From Ascidiella aspersa (taxonomy: Eukaryota): DNA of 64,000 nt. Position 1 is the first letter of the stretch. Every line of letters begins with the position of its first letter. The notes under the pieces are model-generated. The model saw nothing but the letters and a program-made list of their open reading frames with translations, made no database searches and was not told the DNA's origin. Shown here piece by piece: positions 13,001 to 25,300 of the stretch. The position numbers and the translations under genes are program-made. The stretch is from contig OZ004614.1 in the NCBI GenBank assembly GCA_963924565.1, positions 22,010,001 to 22,074,000 on the forward strand. The letters are read 5' to 3'.

Positions 13001-15517
13001 AAATATTAGTTATAAATAATATATAATTATAATAAAGCATTATTTGGATTTCATTTTCAATTAATTCAAGTTTTGAACATTTCCTAGGCACATAAAAAAT
13101 AGGTATCGGCTGACAAAATTGTAAAAAATGGGCTATCGGTATCGGTCCAAAAAAGTGATATCGGTCGATCTCTAATTGACACCCACCCACTCGCCTTACT
13201 AGACTTTGACTGACCAGTGCTTCAACAGCGAAAAAAAATGTTGCTCTCAGGCATTCTGGCGGTTCAATTTGTTCGGCTGCGACAAGTTAAGTTAAACGCT
13301 CACTACTGAAGGCTAACTATACCCTCAAATCGCGACCAAATCACTTTTGCGAAACATTAACAACGAATCAACATGGTAAACTGGTAAAAAATACTACGCA
13401 ACAGTCAAGTATTCGCACTGAAACAAACTTTAGTTCGGCAGACTTCACCATTCTTATCGCCTTTTACTCACCCTCGTCGCTCGTGCTTTCATGTGCATTT
13501 TAATTATTTTCATTAATACTTTGACCTGATGAAGCACGGTTGTGCGAAAGCTTGTCAAGAATTCAAAACAATTTGTCTTTACATAGTGCCACGTGATTTC
13601 TCTACTTGTGCCAAAAAAGCCGAAAATAAACTTGTATCCGCACCTAAATAAACAGGCATTTATTGCTAAAAAATTAAACAACTTAATAGAGCAACAAATT
13701 TGGCTTAGTCCGGACGAATGTTGTTTTGTGCACACCCGCATTTTGTGCACACTCGCAAGTTTGTATTCATTGCGAACCCTGTTGGATAACATTTTTACAC
13801 TCGTTTCCATCCTACTTATTTTCCTCCTACCTAAGTGTTTTTCACCCATGATATAACCTGGATTTTTTTTTCGGTTAGTTTAAATAGTTCTCGTTTAGCT
13901 TTACCGAGCTACATTTTAGCGGTAGTTTTTTTACAATGTTTTATGCGCTTGTTTAATTGATGTTTGAAGTTGCACAAATGTGTCTTGCTAGCGATTTACT
14001 CGGTAAACAACCCAGTCTTGGAGGGCGTTTAAGATTGTGTGTGGACGATGAACAAATTTAATCCAGTATAGGGCTGATAACGACAGTCCATTTTTACTGA
14101 AGGGCCTCGCCAGTTGAGCGAGTGGGTGTCAATTCGCACTCTTATGGGTAAATCGCTCTCCAATTGGGAAGAGGGTGAGTGCAAAATGTCAACCCTCTAA
14201 ATGCCATGCAATACAGTATGGCCTCGTGGACTAGGTAAATTTCCGAAACTGCGTACCCGCTCATTGGGTTATAAAATGTCTATCAACATTCAATGATTAG
14301 CGCTCAGTCGTTAGTTTGCTGTTTGGATTTTTTTGGCACTTTCCAAAAGCATCGCCTTTTTACAGGCGGTGGAATGGCGTCTAAATTGGTACTTGGATAC
14401 TAGTTCATAAATGTGGCAACTAAATTGCGCCTATTTAAATACTCAAACAAACCAAGTGAGGTGAAGTGAAAAGTTAAATATAGGCGAACGATGATATTTG
14501 GTATTACAACAGTAGTATCAAGCTGCCCAAGTAGATAGCTGCGCTACGCCTAACAGTTGTTTACTTGCTCGGTATACAGTAATATTATATTTTTGCACCT
14601 TTTTCGTGTTTAGGCTAAGCGTTTGACCGTCGTCGGCCAAGTCGATTCGCGATAAATAATTCATCTATGTGTACTGTATAGTGCAGCAGGGTGAAAGTCT
14701 TTCTTAACTCGAGTAAGGTTTCCCAGTATAGTAGCTTGCAGTTCCTTCAGAAACCCATAGGTTCACACGAATGCTTTAAGAAGTGTCAATAATTTTTTCT
14801 TGTGCATTTTTTGCTTTGTTCATTCATCTTATGGTCGCCTGCATAAAAACCTTTCGCTGACCAGAAGTCGCAATTTTTACAATAAATAAATTAGAAATCT
14901 CAATTTTTTCGCGGAGAATTGAGAAAAGCATATATCGGTAAATTGGTGAGTGTAATTTAAAAAAAAAATAACAGCATTTATGCACACTCTCAACCAGTAA
15001 TAGTTTGGACTTAGGAAAAGAACTATCACCACAGCCGGTAATAGTTCACAATCGTGAGTCATCAGGCTTGCCTCAATCTCTAGTCTCTAGTAATAGTTGA
15101 ACAACCGAATATTAACCGATGAATATGCTGTTGCTGCCAGGCATTGTTTCAATGGTACAACTTTTATTTTATTGTTTGCCTGGTATATATATATATATAT
15201 ATGTTTTCGCCTTTAGTTGAAATGAAATTGCCCTTAAAGAGGATTGCCCTAATAGGTGGTCGAAGCGTTGGCACTTTATTAAATTTTTGCCGGCAGAACA
15301 TGGAATATTAACCGAGGCACTAATTAACACAGGTCAGGTAACGGCCGGCATGGCGCCCTGCAATTCCACCCTATCCGCCTTCTGCCAAATGCTGCTCATG
15401 GGCCCACTGCGCCTCGTCTCGCTCGCCTATCTCAAGTACTTCGACGGCATCATCCAGAAGTGCGCCGACCGCAAGGAGCGCCAGAGAGCGACGCAAACGC
15501 ACGACGACGCCAACTAG
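6766..15517 (+). CDS. KDSR: 3-ketodihydrosphingosine reductase (SDR family), 7 coding exons, about 334 aa
   Basis: Exons 6766-7062, 7534-7626, 9442-9544, 9991-10103, 10732-10804, 11469-11609, 15333-15517. All introns GT-AG and phases consistent (1005 nt). Motifs: N-terminal hydrophobic anchor, [43 protein letters not shown]. Confidence 0.95.
7534..7626 (+). CDS. KDSR: KDSR exon 2
   Basis: ag|[31 protein letters not shown]|gtaagt. Confidence 0.93.
7644..8130. mobile_element. hAT-like MITE with TTAGA/TTAGAA internal repeats in KDSR intron 2
   Basis: Ends cagac...gtctg; perfect 8-bp TSD ggtgcaac (7636-7643, 8131-8138). Confidence 0.8.
9276..9313 (-). ncRNA. Minimal type I hammerhead ribozyme motif (Penelope-like), family A
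   Basis: Minus strand reads TCA-CTGATGA-T-GGCA-ttagaatt-TGCT-GAAACGT-T-TGA; about 80 nt of downstream flank is homologous to the copy at 26392. Confidence 0.65.
9442..9544 (+). CDS. KDSR: KDSR exon 3
   Basis: ag|[34 protein letters not shown](G)|gt. Confidence 0.92.
9991..10103 (+). CDS. KDSR: KDSR exon 4
   Basis: ag|[37 protein letters not shown]|gt; contains catalytic YxxxK. Confidence 0.94.
10732..10804 (+). CDS. KDSR: KDSR exon 5
   Basis: ag|[24 protein letters not shown]|gt. Confidence 0.93.
11469..11609 (+). CDS. KDSR: KDSR exon 6
   Basis: ag|(D)[46 protein letters not shown]|gtaatc. Confidence 0.93.
11690..12003. mobile_element. hAT-like MITE (CAGTG family)
   Basis: cagtggttctt...aagaacccttg; perfect TSD atttagag. 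Confidence 0.85.
12023..12740. mobile_element. TAGGG-family MITE rich in CCGATA/TATCGG motifs
   Basis: TIR tagggatggccgata / tatcggacatcccta, flanked by near-direct repeat gttgaca(a)tt. Relatives at about 3396-3490, 50509-50885, 56830-57100 and 59880-60117. Confidence 0.8.
12116..12455. mobile_element. MITE nested inside the TAGGG MITE
   Basis: TIR tagggcgatt / aatcgcccta; perfect TSD gtcattac. Confidence 0.85.
12799..13174. mobile_element. TAGAG-family MITE
   Basis: TIR tagagatagaccgatat / atatcggtcgatctcta; perfect TSD attgacac. Confidence 0.85.
13521..13558 (+). ncRNA. Minimal type I hammerhead ribozyme motif
   Basis: TTGAC-CTGATGA-A-GCAC-ggtt-GTGC-GAAAGCT-T-GTCAA: 5-bp stem I, 4-bp stem II, palindromic AGCT stem III. 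Confidence 0.75.
15333..15517 (+). CDS. KDSR: KDSR exon 7 (terminal)
   Basis: ag|(G)[11 protein letters not shown]...[22 protein letters not shown]...DAN*. Confidence 0.9.
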
Positions 15518-15869
15518 CGGCGACCCAGACAGCGTTTTGTTGCACTTTCACCGCTCTTCGTATATTGCTTTTGCTGCGGATGAAACTGTTTATTTTTTTT
15601 TATCTTGAACTGAGAACGGAATCTAAGCCTTACACAAGTCTTATATCTTTCCTAATTTACGATTATGGAACTTAGTCAAGGGGCAATAACCCGTACCTAA
15701 AAGTAGACCCTGATTTGAAAAGTAAAGCTCGATTTAATAATTTGCAAAATCTTTATACGACGCAAACCTCACCTAAAAATTTTCTTATCTTCTCCCAACA
15801 CGAAAACTTCACCGCCACTGCATTCTCCCTCCATGTCCAATTTTATTACACCCTCAGAGTGACCGTTTC

Positions 15870-17460
15870 TATACTTTAAAAAAGCTGGCGATTCTATAAC
15901 CTACACCTGGTTCACTTAAGCCCGTGTTCTTTCACAGTTTCGAAATCCCACATTCAAGAATTATTATTAGACCAATATCACCGCTCCATCGAAGCTATGT
16001 AGTATTCACACTGGCCGAACAATTATATCAAGCCTGCATCCTCACACCCTTCCCTCCAAATAGAACAAATTAAAACAGCCGCATTCAAATCCCAACCAAG
16101 TGCACGAGCCCTAAACCAACCTATCACCTTCTACTAAATGAAAAAATGCCATTGAATTGTTTCCCGACACGGCGCCCGATTTCCTTAGCATCCAGTTTTT
16201 TTTTTTCAATTGCTGGAAACTAACCTTCCTTACTTCGCCCCTTACCTTGCATTTTTTTATCCAACTCCTGTTTGTCCACAGAGTCATACACTTCCTACTC
16301 ACCAACCTTCAAAAAAACCTTTCGATTCTATAACCTATCCCTGGCTTAACTTACACACATCCTCACCAACCCCAACTTCCCCCCTCCCTTCCTAAATTAT
16401 ATCTACACCGCCCAAAATACGGTCACCTCCTCCATTTTGTTAAATGGCTTCCCCACTTACCCCGTGGGGATCAGAAGAGGAGTGAGACAAGGCGACCCGC
16501 TGATTTCATCGGGCGCCACCTCCTCGCCCTCAATCTCGCATATTTCTCCCCCTCTCTCCCCCTAGTTTCGTAGAAGGTGCCCTTATATTAATTCCCAGAA
16601 CCCAGGATGCCAACACCCTCTCAAATTTTAGTCTTATCTCTCATTTAAACACAGATTTAAAAAAAATTCTTAACAAAATTCGCAAAACCCGGATCAAACC
16701 CCACCTAAAGCACTTCATTTCCCCAAACCAGCATGCTCAACTGTACAAAAACACCTCCACCACCTCACCCTCCTCCGCCCCACTCGCTCGTTTTCAAAAA
16801 GCTTTTGACTCTATAACCCACACCTGGCTATCCCACTCCCTTATCACCCACACCTTCCCCCCCTCGTTTCGTAAACTACCTAAATGCAACCCAAACCTCG
16901 GCCTCATCTGACCTGGATGTTTTTCAGAAGAGGTGAGAGGCAAGGCGATCCGCTAAGCCTCACCCTCTTTCTGATCGCCCTCGACCCCCTCCTGAAAAAC
17001 ATCCAGGTCAATCCCTCCATCTACCCCGACCCGCACCCCACCTAAACCCGTGGCTTACGTCGACGATGTCACCCTTACCCACCCCCACTTCCCCCTGTTT
17101 TATACCCTGGCGAGAAATCAGTTTCTGCTCTTGCCCTGAAACCCTTAAAACGAAGGCAACCTACACCTTATCGCTCCTCCATTCCTAGTATATCATACCA
17201 AAAATTGGCTGGAACCCCCTATCAATATCCCCCCTTAACATACCCATTGGAGACTCGACATGTCAGACTACATTGCAAACTTCAACAACAAGATTTCACA
17301 AATTACAAATCCATTTCTAACTTTTGAGTCCAAATTCACTCTAAACCAATCCTCCTCCAAGTTTTACTCAAATAAAGGCAATCAAAAGAAGTGTGAAGCA
17401 AGGCGACCCCCGATGAGTCTCACCCTCTTCCTGATCGCCCTCGACCCACCCTTGTCATAC
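15870..17460 (+). mobile_element. Degenerate non-LTR retrotransposon (LINE, L1/Tx1-like) reverse transcriptase fragments, rearranged
   Basis: KAFDSITH-type motifs (about 15880, 16320, 16800), RQGDP-type motifs (about 16485, 16940, 17400), LFLIALDPLL, AYVDDV (about 17052); many stops and frameshifts. Confidence 0.8.
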
Positions 17461-18604
17461 CATTAATTTCACCGGTGTTGATTAATTTATATATGAAAAC
17501 CAGCATCCCATTTTATAATAATTTTTATTCGGAGAGCTAACCGAACGTCCCCATGTTAAACCCATCGACCACTACAAAGTCTGTCGACAACGCCCCCTTT
17601 TTTCATTTTTTTTTCTTTTTTTTTTTCACTTTATTTGGTACAATCGATTTTGTTCTATTTATGCATATCATTCTTTTTTTCGTGAAATCTGATTTCCTAA
17701 AGGGTGAAAGTGTCTTGTTTAAAGCGCAATTTTGTATTGGAATTTTCATGTTTTTTTTTTCTTGGATGAAATAATTTTGACCTTTTCGTGCATATTGTTC
17801 GTTTAAAAGCGTTAAAATAACCTGGCTAACTGAGGAAACTTTAAGGTTACATCGTATGTGCAAATTTTATGACAAATCCTTTATTGAATTTGTCGATTGC
17901 TAAGTTTAGAACGAAATCGTGCTGCTATTTCTTTGATCTAGGGAGCATTAAGTCATTTATTCAGATTACCTTATTTTGCTTCACTGTTTAGCACTTTAAA
18001 CTCGTTAGCACGTAAAACGACAAAACACACCTGAACTAAATATTCTTTAGTTGTCGACTTACATTGCGCATGTGTTGCACGAGACTCGTCGTTTGTAATG
18101 AACTTATGTCGTTTATTAACACCATTTAGTGTTGTTTGTTGTCCACCTTTAACCACCGCGCGTTTATCCTATGTTTTTTCGTGACAGTATCCTATATTAA
18201 ACATCGTGACTTGGACGACCATTTTGTGACCTAAGAAATGAGAAATTTTAACTTAAAATTAAAAAAATTTAAAAAAAATTTGAAACTGCTTAGTTGATAC
18301 TTTTAGCATATCAAAAAGACAAACAACTGTAAAAATAAAGAAAAAAACAAATAGTTGGTTGTTTTACAAATCTGTTGAGCGTTTGGTTGAAATACAAGGT
18401 AAAAATAATTACAAAAAAAAATTAAATACCTAGCATTTTTTATCTAAATAGAAAATAATGCGAATTACCACCGAAAAAATACAGCAATTACTTTTCCATA
18501 CATCTGTCAGACCTACTGAACTGTCAACTATGTGAAGCAAAAACGAAGTTTGAGCTGAACCTAGCCTGATTGGGTAATTCTACCTGCTAGCGTATAATGT
18601 ATAT

Positions 18605-19032
18605 CAGTGTTGTAAACAATTCGTTTGTAATTGAATTCGCAGTCAGGTCATTCGTAAAATAACTCGAGTCCAAGTCAAGTCATTTGCAAAATAACTTCAG
18701 TCCGAGTCAAGTCACAAGTCAAGTCTTAATTTAGCAAGGCAAGTCCTTGCCATAAAAAATAAACGTTAAACTACAAAAATTGGCAAACTAGCTCAAATTA
18801 CGAACAACAAAACAACTAAAATATAATAAAAAAGCAACATTTAGCAAGCAAATTGTTTTGCGTAGAAAAGTTGTGATCTATAGTCGAATTTTATAAAAAA
18901 AAATGCTTAATAAAAACACCTTATTTTAACCCAAGTGATTTACCCAAAAGACTTAAGGCAAGTCAGTTTTTCCAGATGACTTAAATCAAGTCAAGTCATT
19001 TGAAAACAGTGACTTAAGTCATTACAATACTG
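18605..19032. mobile_element. hAT-like MITE with AAGTC repeats
   Basis: cagtgttgtaa / ttacaatactg; TSD atgtatat/atgtatgt (7/8). Confidence 0.75.
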
Positions 19033-20030
19033 ATGTATGTTGCTCTAATGAAGATGACCCATACAAACAGCACCAAACGATCACACGTAAATTGCTTGAA
19101 GGTTGTAAAAAGAGTCCCCAAGTGTCAAGCCCTATTTTTATTTTTTTCAATTTAGTACAACTGACAAAATTGCTTTAATTTACGTGGAGGATCTGTTCTG
19201 ACACGCCTCCACAAATTATAATGAATTCGGCTGAGACGTCTGTCAATTCGTTAGATTTTTTTGCTTGAACAAAAAATGAAGTGAAGCTAATCCATAGTAG
19301 GGTTGCCCTATTTTATTACGTACCATCCCTGGCTTTAAAACACCTTTAGAGTTTCTCCCTGAGGTAGATTCCAACCGAAGCTTCGAGGAAATGTTAGGGA
19401 ACAACCTGACGTATGGTGACCCTGTCTACAGAGTTATTCCTTAATTAAAACACGAGTAGCACATGCCATTACGCTTTCAACGACAATCGCGCATGCGTCC
19501 CTTACAATTAACATATTTTTTTTGTTAATGCCAGGCATATTTTTAAAGTATTAAACTATGTTGCTTTCACAGAATTTCTCCAATATAATTAAGCGATAAG
19601 GGGAGTTTTCAAAGATAAGGGGAGTTTTCAAAGTATGATATATAAATGTCCTGTGTATTTTTTTGTGTTCGCTGTTGAGTTTTGTGAGTTTTTTTATAAT
19701 ACACAAATATAATAATTAAAATCCTATCGCTGGGTGCGTCGTAGGACCAACAAACATTTACAAGGGCGTCGTAAGAAAACAACACGTTTAAGAACCACTT
19801 CTTTAATTATTAAATACTGACAGGTTTGTCTATTATAATTAGGCCAGGATTCCTTAAATATCTGTAACTGAAAAAAACAGCTTCAGGAGGACTAGATCTT
19901 AGTTGTTAACACACATATGCCTGTGCATGTTTCATTAAATAAATAATACGGTACTGTGGATCCCCTTCAATATGAAGTTGCTTGTACTAACAGATTGAGA
20001 AAGCATTGGCGCATGGTTGTTTCTCTCTAA

Positions 20031-20190
20031 GCCTGGTAAGCTCAGTTGGTAGAGCGAAGGTCCCGATATGACCAGAGGTCATGAGTTGGAACTTCAGTGC
20101 AGGCTAGATGTTTTTCTGGCCTGCCCTGCTTGCATCATAAGTCAACAGAATAGGCGAGTCTGCAAGGGCTTTCGGCGTAATATAACTGCT
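20031..20190 (+). mobile_element. tRNA-derived SINE (or tRNA pseudogene head, 20031-20105)
   Basis: GCCTG...CAGGC acceptor stem, A-box agctcagttggtaga, anticodon-like arm ggtc-ccgatat-gacc, degenerate B-box gagttggaact, followed by a non-tRNA body. Confidence 0.6.
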
Positions 20191-20377
20191 ACGTAATTTT
20201 CCTAATCAATTGATCTCAAAGTCAGATTTTTCCAAACCAGTGGTTTTATGATGGTTCTTTGCGTACAGGCAAAAACATACACACCGAACGCTGGACGTTT
20301 TACAACGACAAAGAGGACGCACAATTAAAACACGTGAAAGAATTGGAATAATAATATTAATAAGAAGAAGAAACGTA

Positions 20378-20403
20378 ATAATAATAATAATAATAATAAT
20401 AAT
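20378..20403. repeat. (AAT)n microsatellite
   Basis: Direct trinucleotide run. Confidence 0.85.
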
Positions 20404-22321
20404 ATTAATAGAAAAACACAGAAAAAAGTACAAATAGCGTTTGTCACGTAGAAAAACCTAAAAAAAACACGCTTTTGTGAAATCGGTCGAGGGAACACTA
20501 GGCGAGCGAAGCTGCCAATAGGAAGTCGGGTCGCGTGCAAAACGGAAGCTGATTGGTCGGTGGAATAGGAGAATTTAAAAAGGAAGGTGAATTGGAACGG
20601 TTTGTATTCTAGTTAAAAGCAACAAACAACACGATATTGCTAGGCAGGTCACATTGAATTCAGACTAAGTTTCTTATAAAAACATAAAGAAAATTAAACC
20701 AGGCTCTAGAAAAACGCGTCTAGGGACATAATGTTATCGTTTTCAAATCATATTTTTAAACGACAGGCGTGCAGAACTAGTTTCTGTAACAGCAACATAC
20801 ATGTGTCGATTTTTATCGAAACCACTTACGCTTTGGCAACCATATATGAGTAAACGCTAAGAAGGGATTGTTATATTGAATGGTTTGGTTTGTGTGTCCG
20901 TCCTTGAACGAATAGGAACAGTTTTCTGTGTACAACGGGCGATGAGACGGTTTAACAATTGGATAATTATAAAAATTCCCCACAATACGGCAATGCTTAA
21001 TTACAACATAAAAGTTGGTGAAAATATTGGAATATGTCGTAAGAACATAATTTATATTTTTCTCTAAATCTGAGGCAAGTTGCCAAAAAATTGAGTTCGA
21101 ATTAATGAAATAACTACGTAAAACATTTGTCGAGTTCAATTACAACATAGCAGTTTTACGTCCTCCGTTAATGCTGTATTGTCGCAGGGGGAGTGTTGGC
21201 AATAACTGCAAACACTAAAACACGAAAAACATAGCGCCGAAAAAATTGCGCGTTTGTCGTCTTTATAAAAAGTCACACAGTTCTGTCAGTTGTATATGAA
21301 TAAAACGATTTATTTGCTGTAATGGCATTAAACGTGGATTTGACCACCTGATTTAAGGCGACAAAGCGCAGCTAACTGTAAAAATTTCGATTTGACTTTC
21401 AAGTTGTCTTACAGAAAATGTAGCGTTATCTTTTAAAACAGCGAAGCCGACAAGCGATTGCGACGTTTCATGAAACATCGGCATTTTGAAAGACGTAGAA
21501 AAGCGTGAATTCAGAGAAATAAAAAAAGAAACGTACACATCATTTAGAAAACGTGAGTTGCAAAAAGTAACGTCGATATAAAGTTTTGAACTTTCGTAAC
21601 GGCAGGGGTGGATATCTTAGGGAAAAAACCTTGCCCCCTCCCCCACATATCTGACATGGCCGAGTATTGCGCACTCGATTGGAACCAATGACGACGATTT
21701 TGTAACTAATATAAAATTGAAACCGTGCTTTTGGCTGACGCTAGGCGTTGTAAATAACAAATAAATCCATTTAAACTTATAATTGCTAATTTCGATATGT
21801 TTTGCGCAATTTACTTGCAATTAAAGAAAATTGCCAATTCTATTGCTAGGACGTTACCCTTGTCCATTGATTAATTATTATTAATGAAACAGTTTTTGTA
21901 AATTATTTTTTAATAGAGAATTGATGAATTTAGGTGCAGTGTAGTGATATTTGCAGCACGAGATTAAGTTAAGGCTGATGCTCGAGCTCGAAACGCTGCA
22001 AAGCGAGCGTTTCTCGTCAACCGTTTGAAAAACGCGCACTTTTCCGGGCTTTGCGGTTCGCAAGAAAAGCGAAGAATAAAGTTTGGGCGTGACAAGGCGC
22101 ATACAGCAAAGGTCAAGGACACAAGCGAAAAACAACAAGGTCGACATGGGGCTGGGGCGTCTTGTTTTGCTTATTTTGTGCAAACGTCGATCGGCCTCTT
22201 TTTATTTTCCGCGCGGTGGCGACGCAGAGCCGATCGAGGTACGCACAATTAGGTTATGGGCGGCTGAACTTGGGGAACACGTTGAAAGACCTTTCTCTCA
22301 GCAAGCTGTAGAGCTCTCTTT

Positions 22322-22390
22322 TTACGTGAACATGGAGAGAATCTTGTTGGCGTCATCGAACAAATCGAGGGGGTTTTCGCCGGGGGCTTC
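22322..22390 (-). CDS. ZMIZ1: ZMIZ terminal exon
   Basis: ag|[22 protein letters not shown], resembling the acidic ...DDLLSLF end of ZMIZ proteins. Confidence 0.82.
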   Translation of the reverse strand, partial: EAPGENPLDLFDDANKILSMFT

Positions 22391-25300
22391 CTAGAAAGGA
22401 GAAATGTAAGATTAAGGTTTTGCTCTTTAATCTAAAGAAAGTAAAAGTTGAGTAAAGGGTGAAGGTGTGGCTGTGTTTTTCCCGTTGGCCAAAAGTAGCC
22501 CGGGAATGCCTGAAGATTTTGTAATATAAAAGATAGTATTTATTCGGAGAACCAGTAAGGTGCTGGTGCCGTAACTTGAGGTAGGGCTAGAATTGAACTG
22601 CACATCGGCAGAAGGTTAACATTTTTACAGATTTTTTATTTGGGTATGGTGGTAGTGATCATACTAATATGAATACCACTGCAAATTTAAGTATGTACAA
22701 CCAAAATATCGGTGTTATTCACAAAAAAAAAATTAAAGGACACTACCCGCAAATGCACTGTCAGTCGAGTATGCGGTGCCTGTGTTTGTTGCTCCAAAGG
22801 TAGGCGGGGAATGTCTCAACATTTTTATATAAATGTCAGTATTTGTTCGAACCGGAGTCCTCGGACAACCAGTCCACCTTAAGGTACTGGTGCCGCCACG
22901 GCGCAAATATAACATTTTTACCTTTTTTTTTTTTTTTAGTAAAAAAGTAAAAAATCAGGTATGGCCCCAGTCTACAGCGGAAATGGCACTGACAAAGTTA
23001 TTCTTTGAGTAAGTTGCAAATCGCTACAAAAACACTAGTTAAAAATATCGACCAACACTTACCTCCAACAACGGATCGTCCAGTAACGAAGGCATCTGAT
23101 CCTGTGCTGTCGCTATTGGCAACGATGACGCAGGCGTGACGACATCGGTGACGTCATCATTCAATATGGAATCGAGCAGCGTATCACAGTCGGTTAGCGT
23201 CTGGGCGGACACAATAGGGCTCGCAGGCTGGGTGATTCCCCCAGCCCCAGACGGGGTCTTTGGGGCATTTTGGGACCCGGGTGTATTGCAGGTGTTGTTG
23301 ACGAGGGTCGTCGATGCCGGACAGCCCCCGTTCGATTGGGGGGTGAGAGCGCTGCTGTTGCTCGGGGGCCGCATAGGGGTGTCCGGACCCTGGGGGGTTC
23401 TGGGGTTGGTGGGGTGACGGCGCTGCGCAAAAATAATGGCTCTAATATTTTTTTCCCTTCTTAGCAGGTAACAAGAAACGGTGTTTGACAAACGAAAAGC
23501 AATTGCAAAAAAGGACTATGATTTTCAATCTTTGAGAACTTAAACTTAGCATTAAAAAATATTACACAAACCAACTAAACTGAGTAAATGGCGCATAAAA
23601 CGTACAGTCCAAGCAGTTGGATACTCACGTTGGGCGAATTGCCGTTGGCGAATATCGCGTGGTGGTTGACCCGCTTCTCGATGGCGACCATGTCGTTGGA
23701 AGCGATGTTGTCGGCCGAATCGGTCATCGGCACGGCCGACGAGCTGCGTAGGAAGTTGGGGGCGGCCCCGGATATGCGACTCAAGTCGTAGCTGTGCGGG
23801 AAGCCTGAAGATAAAAGGAAAATATTTACAATGTTAAAAGCTGGGCAAAAGTTTCTCGCTTTAAAATGACAGGCATTGTTGAGACTTGTATAATTGGGTT
23901 AACGAGTGTCTTTCTAAGCATCAGGTATAAGGTACGTGAAAATTAAATATGAAAAATCGCACGGTTTGACAAAACAAGGCATCTGTTATAACGTGCGCAA
24001 AAACATTTCGATTTTTTTATATTTTGACAACTTCTTTAAAAATTTTTGGAATGTTCTTTTTGCTGCAAAATTTATAACTTGCCATAAGTGGCGTGAAACA
24101 GTTTAGGTTTGGGACACAATCTTTGCGTGTGGACTCGCAGAACCGGGCGCGAAAATGCGCACTCTCGCGCACTTAAACGCGGCCAAACTGTCACGACTAC
24201 AGAACGCGCCACGCCCAATAAACACTTGATTTGGTACGGGCCAGGCGTTTTCAAGCGTTCGGCGGTCGCCTTATGAAGTGCCCGCACACAATATGGACAT
24301 GGCAATTGACTTGCGGGAAAAGCTATACAATATAGAACTAAAAGGTACGGCGCGATACCGACAGGCCAAATGGCAAAAAGCACTCAGAATACGCATAACT
24401 GGCAAACCAGAGACTACTTAACACTGTTTGACCTTCCCTTATTTATTGCGCCCTTGCAAAGCAAGTGGAAACTCCGTCAACAAAAAAAGTCAGGGTTTGT
24501 AATGCAGTGGTTGGCACTTATGTTTAATATTTCAAATTAAAAGGGTTCCCACAGGCAAGAGGGCTGCTGTTTCACGAGCTATAGAATATACAATGTTTCA
24601 GGCCTTTATGCAGTTTGGCTAATGTTTACTGTTTTTCTGAAACAGGCGTTTTTCAACAACACTGTTTTTATGACTAAAAACCTCTATAGCGAGAAATTTA
24701 AAACAACAAAAACATAATTAGCTATTCCAAAGAACGGAACGAACGGAACGAACGGAAAGAAGTGTTCAACTCAGTGGTTCTCAACCTTTTATGGCTTGCG
24801 GCACTCCTCATAAATAATAAATAGATTGCGGCACCCCTAAGATTTTTTCTTTAGGTAAATCACTAGAATGTCACAATAAACGGAAAAACTGGAACAACAC
24901 ACATCAACTCTGCACAACGTAAGTTTCAATCGGATTAATTTCACTGTAATCTTACACAAAAAGTTGTAAGAGTTGAGCAAAAAAACAGATTCTTAAGGAT
25001 TCCTTAATATCTCTCGGCGCCCTTGGGCATGAAAAATGGCACTCCGGTTGAGAACCACTGTCTCAACCCCACACAATCACGTATAAAAACATCTAGAACA
25101 GTAACAACGCGAATAGATTCTGGCAGCTTTTCAACAAAACAGAGAAGAAACAACTTAGTTTTGAAAAAAAAAACGATAATAAAAAAAAGACCTTGGGAAA
25201 AACAATTTTACAGAAATTTAAGTCTTACCGTAGCTACCGTTGTCTGTGGGTCCCGGCGTCTTGTTGGAGCAGGGCATTGAGGAGCCGGGACTGGGGGCGG

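Larger units (their letters stand above)
11648..14238. mobile_element. Non-autonomous long-TIR DNA element in KDSR intron 6, left TIR interrupted by MITEs
   Basis: The right TIR (about 14115-14238) is the reverse complement of the left TIR reassembled from 11648-11689, 12012-12022, 12741-12798 and 13183-13195. Confidence 0.75.

Noticed and set aside
15035-15067. CTGATGA plus small hairpin on the minus strand
   Set aside because: No GAAA or stem III, so it is not a hammerhead.
20031-20105. Functional tRNA-Ile(GAT) gene
   Set aside because: The T-loop/B-box is degenerate (GTTGGAA), stems are imperfect and a SINE-like body follows, so it is better called a SINE head or pseudogene.
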